Positions 47,804 to 53,177 of a DNA stretch of 53,177 bases are shown here, piece after piece. The DNA comes from Raillietiella orientalis (taxonomy: Eukaryota). The stretch covers positions 310,001 to 363,177 of the forward strand of contig JAYWIR010000077.1 in NCBI GenBank assembly GCA_036172245.1, read 5' to 3'. The notes beneath the pieces are model-generated. The model saw only the letters and a list, made by a program, of their open reading frames with translations. It searched no databases and was not told the origin of the DNA. How positions within the stretch are numbered: position 1 is the first letter of the stretch; each line of letters starts with the position of its first letter. Both the position numbers and the translations under genes were made by a program.

Positions 47804-50800
47804 TCAGGAAACCGCTGTTGTTCTGTGATTGGGGTTTTCCATCCACTGAAGGCTTGGAACGTAGGCTGTGTTACGAAAACCCATATCTGCTACGATCGGT
47901 TGTTTCGGATCAACCACTCTGGACTTCTTTTTCCCGGACAGTGAACTCTCCGACTCGCTGCTGCTTGTATCACTTTCGCTTTCCTTTTCCTTGGATCCGC
48001 GCTTCCTCTTTGCCGCCTTCTTCGTTACCGAGCTTCTCTTCTTCGTCTCTTTCGACTTCTTCGCCTTTCGCTCAGCCTTTTTCTTTTTGTGTCCACGTTT
48101 CACACCATCTTGACCCACGCCTTCGGCTTCCTCTTCTTTGTTGACCGTGGACTTCTCCTTCCTTCTCTTCTTGCTTTTTCGTCTCTTGTCATCTGGCTTC
48201 CTCTTGCGCTTTTTCCTATCTCCTGTTTTTCGCTTAGCTGCCACGCCATTCGGAGCCAGGTTCTCTTCATCCGACTCGTCAGAACTCTCTACATCCCCGG
48301 ATCTTTGCTTTGCATTCTTCTTTTTCTTTCGGGATTTCTTTTTCTGTTTTTTATTCTTTCTTGACGTTTTTTTGTGTGCTCCCTCCGATTCCGAATCTAA
48401 ACAAACATGAAACAAGAACAAGAGCACCCTTTTAGAGCAAACCTGGGCTGCCGGTGCTGCTGCTGCTGCTATTACTGCCACTGCTGCTACTACTGCTGCT
48501 GCTTTCCAGATTTTGAATCAACTCTTGAAGTTGCGGCTTCACGACAGCTGTTGGTTTGGTCTGCTGCTTCAAGTGCTCACGGAGCTCATCGCTGAATCGA
48601 CGAAAACATCGCAGTTGGAAAAGCTGGTATTTGTTTACTTACGTCAGGCCACCAAGCCCAATGGAGGTGAAAAAATTGATGACGAAGCGCGTGTTTCGAG
48701 GATTATCCCGTGGCAACAACCCAACAAAGCACTCCTGCAGTGTCCTGGTGTCAACGTGAAACTCAGGAAAACAAATGAGTTCTACTCACGGATCCTGGCA
48801 CCGCTCGTGGAGACGTGCTAGACCCATATCCTCTGCTAGTTCTTGGAACAGGATTTTGATAAAGATGCGACTGGATGAAGTGGTGTCATCCTCATTCAGC
48901 TTTACGTGAGTCAATACAGTCCACGGCAAGGCATCTGTGTACAACAAATGAGCAAAGAACTTGGCAGCATTCCTCAGCTTGTTGTTATCAAATCGATGGA
49001 TAGTGTCATAAGCATCTTGGAAAACCACTTCGAATTGCTCCTGGTACACTTTATCCAAATCACAAAATCTCTGCAACCGAAATGCAAAGTACTGAACAAC
49101 TTTCCATTCTGCTTTCTCACCTGGGCAAGAAGTCCAAAGAACTTTTCATAAGTTCGCATCTGAGCACAGCAATCGAGAATCATATGACAGAGTTCTTTTT
49201 CTTGGCCAGGACGCATCTCCATCTTAAGAAGCTTATGAGCACATTCCTCAAAGTCCAGGCTGGATTGGATTGTCAGATAAATGGTGCGCCGTAAAGACAC
49301 CAATTCAGTCTCTGTGCTATCTAAGATGTCCTTGTTCTTTCCTAGAACCAAACTGTGCGATGATGTTTCAAAGTGGACATGCACACTTGCCTTCCTCATT
49401 TTCTTCAGAACCTTCTTCCTCAGATCCACCTTCTCCCTCAGAACTCTCTTCAGAGCTGCCCTGATCCAGGATTTCCATTCTCATGGCACGGTACCGCTCT
49501 TCATTTTCTTCAAAAGCGGGATCCAAAGTAAAGATATCTGCAAAAATCAACCATCGACGATGCAAGCACTGCACAACTCCAACCAACTTAGAGTTTCCTG
49601 TCCATTAGTCACATCGTCCAGAGTTGTCAAATGAGTGAACTGATCTTCCTCATCAACAAGATCAAGTTCCTCTATGATGGATGGATTGTCTTTGAAACCA
49701 TCCTTCCTCACAGCGAAAATAACTTCGATCATGTACTGATACTGCATACAAAGATAACAAAAGAACAAGAATGCAGAGACGAAACACACGTACCCGTCGA
49801 TCCAAATTTGCCTCATGCAAGATATTACGCAACCTCTCAAATATGGCATGAACTCCCTTTGGAGATACCTCCATTAACTTCATGCCACATTCCTTCAGGA
49901 AACCCACTGCAATCTCCACAGAATCCTCAGTAGCATTTTCCAGAAGCAACGTGAGAATTTCCAAAGCCAACACCTCATGTGCCTGGTGCAAGAGTCACTC
50001 CACATCTACACACTGCCCACCACTCCCTTCCACTTACTACTTGCTGATTTATCAAATGAGCTAAAAATCGAGTGGCTGACAAACAATTTGCTTTGTTGTT
50101 CAATCTATAGCCCCGTTTAAACTGAATGATGAGTCGATGGAGCAGCAGCTCCCCAATCTGTGGGAACTTTGTGTTTATAATGGCCACCAGTGAAGCATAC
50201 ACATGTGTAAATGTGGGAGAAGCAGCTTGAGCTTGCATAATTGCTCTGCATAAAAGACCACGACCACGAATCAGATTCTCTTGGAAAAGTTCTTCCTTTA
50301 CTATGATGGTGATGTTTGATACATTCACTTTATTGATAAGTCCATTCAGTGACTTTTTCAGAGCTTCCCACGCCAATCTTTGATATGCTGGACTGGAATA
50401 AAGCAACAACACATCACCAACTGCACTCTGCAACTGACCCCAAAATCAAAATAAAGGAAAACTGCACGACTTCTACAAGGTACAAATCGTGTCCAGTACA
50501 TTCAAAGCAACCAACCTGGATTTATCTGTTATTTCTTTCTGCATCATTTTCAGCTTTGCTGGTGGAATGTATGCCCCTCCAGTTTTTAAAGTCAGAAAGT
50601 CATCCTTTGGCTTATTTGCATCGACATTTCTTACTGCACCATGGGTCTCTTCTACTTTGCCATCCTTGTTTGCATCAGGATCTTTATCAGTATGGTGCTT
50701 AGCATCAGACTTTCCCATTTTTTCCATTTCAACATGTGCTTGTGCATCACAACTTTTTTCAGCACCCTCAATCACCTTGCTTTCATTTTCCTTCACGTGT

Positions 50801-51462
50801 GCCTGATTGCTATCTGATTTGCAAATTTCCTTTGCATCATGGCGTCTTTCAGAATAGGAGTCTCTATCAGCATCACGACGTCTCTCTGCATTGCGGTCTC
50901 TGTCTGCATCATGGCGTCTCTCTGGGTTGTGGTCTCTATCAGCATTACGTAGCCTCCCTGAGTTGTAGCCTCTATCTGTATCACGGTGACGTCTCTCTGA
51001 ATTGTGGCTTCTATCTACATCACGGTGATGATGATGTCTCTCTGAGTTGTGGCTCCTATCCACATCACGATAATGGCGTTGTCTTTCTGAGTTGTGGCTT
51101 CGATCTGCTTCACGATGTCTCTCAGGGTTATGGTCCCTATCCAAATTACGACGCCTTTCAGGATTGTGGCCTCTATCTGAGTGGCGACGTCTCTCTGGAT
51201 TGTGTCCTCTATCTGAATCACGATGCCTTTCAGAATTGTGACTTCTCTCTGACTTGTGGTGTCTCTCAGAACCATGATGCCTTGTTACATTGTGATGTCT
51301 ATCCAAGTCACATCTTTCAGCATTTGGTTCCTGATCGGAACTTTTTTTCCCAGTTAGATTTTCTCCTGCACTGGAATCCTTTCCGGATACAGATGTCCTT
51401 GCCGAATCATGACACTTATTCTTATCAACAGTTTCGGCCAAATCCTTTGATGGAGAACACAT
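47804..51462 (-). CDS. CWC22: Pre-mRNA splicing factor CWC22 (MIF4G + MA3). Exons 51462-50516, 50392-50038, 49982-~49794, ~49742-49588, 49537-49391, 49341-49121, 49070-48790, 48744-48643, 48591-48443, 48396-47804
   Basis: [66 protein letters not shown] and [32 protein letters not shown] join in frame across short introns. The third intron's boundaries and the last exon's end are less certain. Confidence 0.95.
50850..51260 (-). repeat. Coding tandem repeat in CWC22 exon 1, ~36-nt unit (DRxHNxERRRxx), about 10 copies
   Basis: The translation repeats [10 protein letters not shown] / [10 protein letters not shown] / [10 protein letters not shown]. Confidence 0.9.
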
Positions 51463-52199
51463 AGCTGATACCCAGAACCAGTGGGACTTGCTTAACAATT
51501 TGTTCACACCGTATCTGTCCTACTATCCTGGTAAGAAACATGAACCCTTAACAATACATCTACACCAAGCAAACACTGCACAAAGGTCATGCCATGTTTT
51601 TCTATGGATGAAGAACATCGTAGAAGCAGAGAAAAAACTTGCAGACTCTGCTGCTGCCAAATCCAATGAACTCTGTTGCTAGAAATTGCTCTGTTGAGGA
51701 TCAGAAAAAAACTACTCAGGACAAAGGTCAAAACTTTTAAACAAATTCCAACGTATCTAAATTCTGAGCACATAATAACTGTGTAAGAAAAAAAAAAAAA
51801 AAAATGAGCGCTCGCATCCGGCTTCTTCCTGTCGCTCAGCTACTTCAAGGGCGACCCGTTTGAGCTGTGGTTTGCAAGAAAATGCTCTTCATCTACTGAC
51901 AACTCTCCTTGAGCTTTGCTCACTGAGAAGACAACTCTGAGGCAAATGTGTGGTAGCGGAAGGGACTTCATGGGCTTGGAAAGGAGTAATTCAGCATTGA
52001 GCGTGAACGGCAAAAGTCTCTGCGTGCTAACCGAAGGACCAGCTGAATTTCCCAAATTGCGAGCCGGAAAAGGATCAGTTTCGTGAGCAGATTCTGTCAC
52101 CGTTCCAACCAGTTTAGTTTTGGTAAGGCTACGGTACCGATTGATGAAAATGGGCCTCTGAAAAAATAGGTATCCACGAAACACATGCAATTCCTCTCG

Positions 52200-52600
52200 T
52201 AGACACTCCCGAGCAAAGCGTGTCCTACGGGCTGGAGCCGCCAAAACTGTATTCCAGAAGACTGCATACTGACACGGCCAACAAGTGTGAGGTTGAGAAA
52301 CTCTACAGGATGAATGGACGGAGGACCATTAGGGTTAATAATGGATCACCAGGAGATCAGATGCCAAATTGATCCCAACTTAGTCGAGAAGCATCTCCAC
52401 GAACAGCTGAAACTCTTGGAAGAAACGGGACAAGACTTGTGCAAAAGTATCTTCTCGGGGAAGAACACGTGTATAACTCCCCTGAAAACCACTTTCTTTT
52501 CTTCAGAGGGGGTTGCCATGCTGCTAAGAAACGCAAAAAATTCCATCATAGATTAACATCATAGGCCGCAACTGGCACAGTGAATCCTTCTAGGTTCTTA
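52200..52600 (+). mobile_element. Fragment of another NeSL/Utopia-like RLE retrotransposon (pre-RT region)
   Basis: EKLYRMNGRRTIR, IRCQIDPNLVEKH and FSSEGVAMLLRNAKNS parallel LCRRRNRKRAIR...ITPEEVLWTLGNSQDTAPG in the 40-44 kb element. Confidence 0.6.
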
Positions 52601-53177
52601 AGGCATGGACTTGATAGTTTTATCGGATATTATTACACATTCGTGTCTGACTGGTTGTGGGGCACTCAAGCATGTGTAATACATTCGTGTTGCATTTTTT
52701 TTGTTATTATACATATTTTTTTTAGTAGGTCGTTGAGTCAAAGACGTTTGCAATCACTTATGCGTCCTTGGACGAAAGCTCATTAATCAGAAGTTCATTC
52801 TCGAACAAGCCTCCGTGATAAGTTTTCAGATTCAGTAGTTGAACGAGAGTGACGCACTGAAATTCCTTGGCCATCTTGCAATTTCTCCGTCCGTTCCTGA
52901 ATGGACCGTTGAAGTTGCTGCCTGTTGTTGAATTCCGTGATGGCGAGAGAACAGGGCAGCACAAGTACCACGCAGGAGGCTGAAATTCACGAGTCCGCCT
53001 CAGCTTTAGCAAGTTTTGAAGAAAAAGCCATTCAAAATATGAATCAGGAGTAAGAGCGATTTTCAGCAAGACAAAAGGACATAATCCTTCCGAGCAAGCT
53101 ATGGAAGCGCAGCTTCCGAACGAGGAAGCTTCCCTTCTACGCATCTTACACGCCAAAGGAGCCCACAGCATGCAGTA

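Noticed and set aside
50850..51260. 36-nt periodicity resembling a CRISPR array
   Set aside because: It is an in-frame coding repeat with no unique spacers, no cas genes and a eukaryotic context.
50736..51464. 242-aa plus ORF with Cys/His repeats (CGLYxHH)
   Set aside because: Antisense reading of the CWC22 repeat exon.
51504..51773. 89-aa minus ORF upstream of CWC22
   Set aside because: No recognisable homology; more likely 5'UTR and intron sequence, though a small spliced gene or uORF is not excluded.

Overview
Eukaryotic, invertebrate (arthropod-like) nuclear DNA whose genes have very short introns (mostly 40-55 nt). On the left are an intronless CWF19L2 gene and, 116 bp later, a 6-exon DUSP12/YVH1 gene (both +). 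On the right is a ~10-exon CWC22 gene (-). The ~41 kb gap between the convergent DUSP12 and CWC22 genes is an accretion island. It holds about ten nested, mostly degenerate L1/Tx1-clade retrotransposon pieces and two NeSL/Utopia-like RLE retrotransposons, with a third fragment near 52.3 kb. It also holds a 3.3 kb rearranged NUMT (cox3/nad5-trnH-nad4-nad4L-nad6-cob) and an endogenous ambisense CRESS-DNA (circo/cyclovirus-like) virus with both Cap and Rep, cut by a retrotransposon. The Tx1-like elements share a structured 3' end (CUGCGU-loop hairpin, then AATAAAC followed by a CCCGG/CCGGG hairpin). They lack a real poly(A) tail, as shown by two copies whose ends are fixed by target-site duplications. 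All family calls come from motif recognition by eye; no database searches were run.
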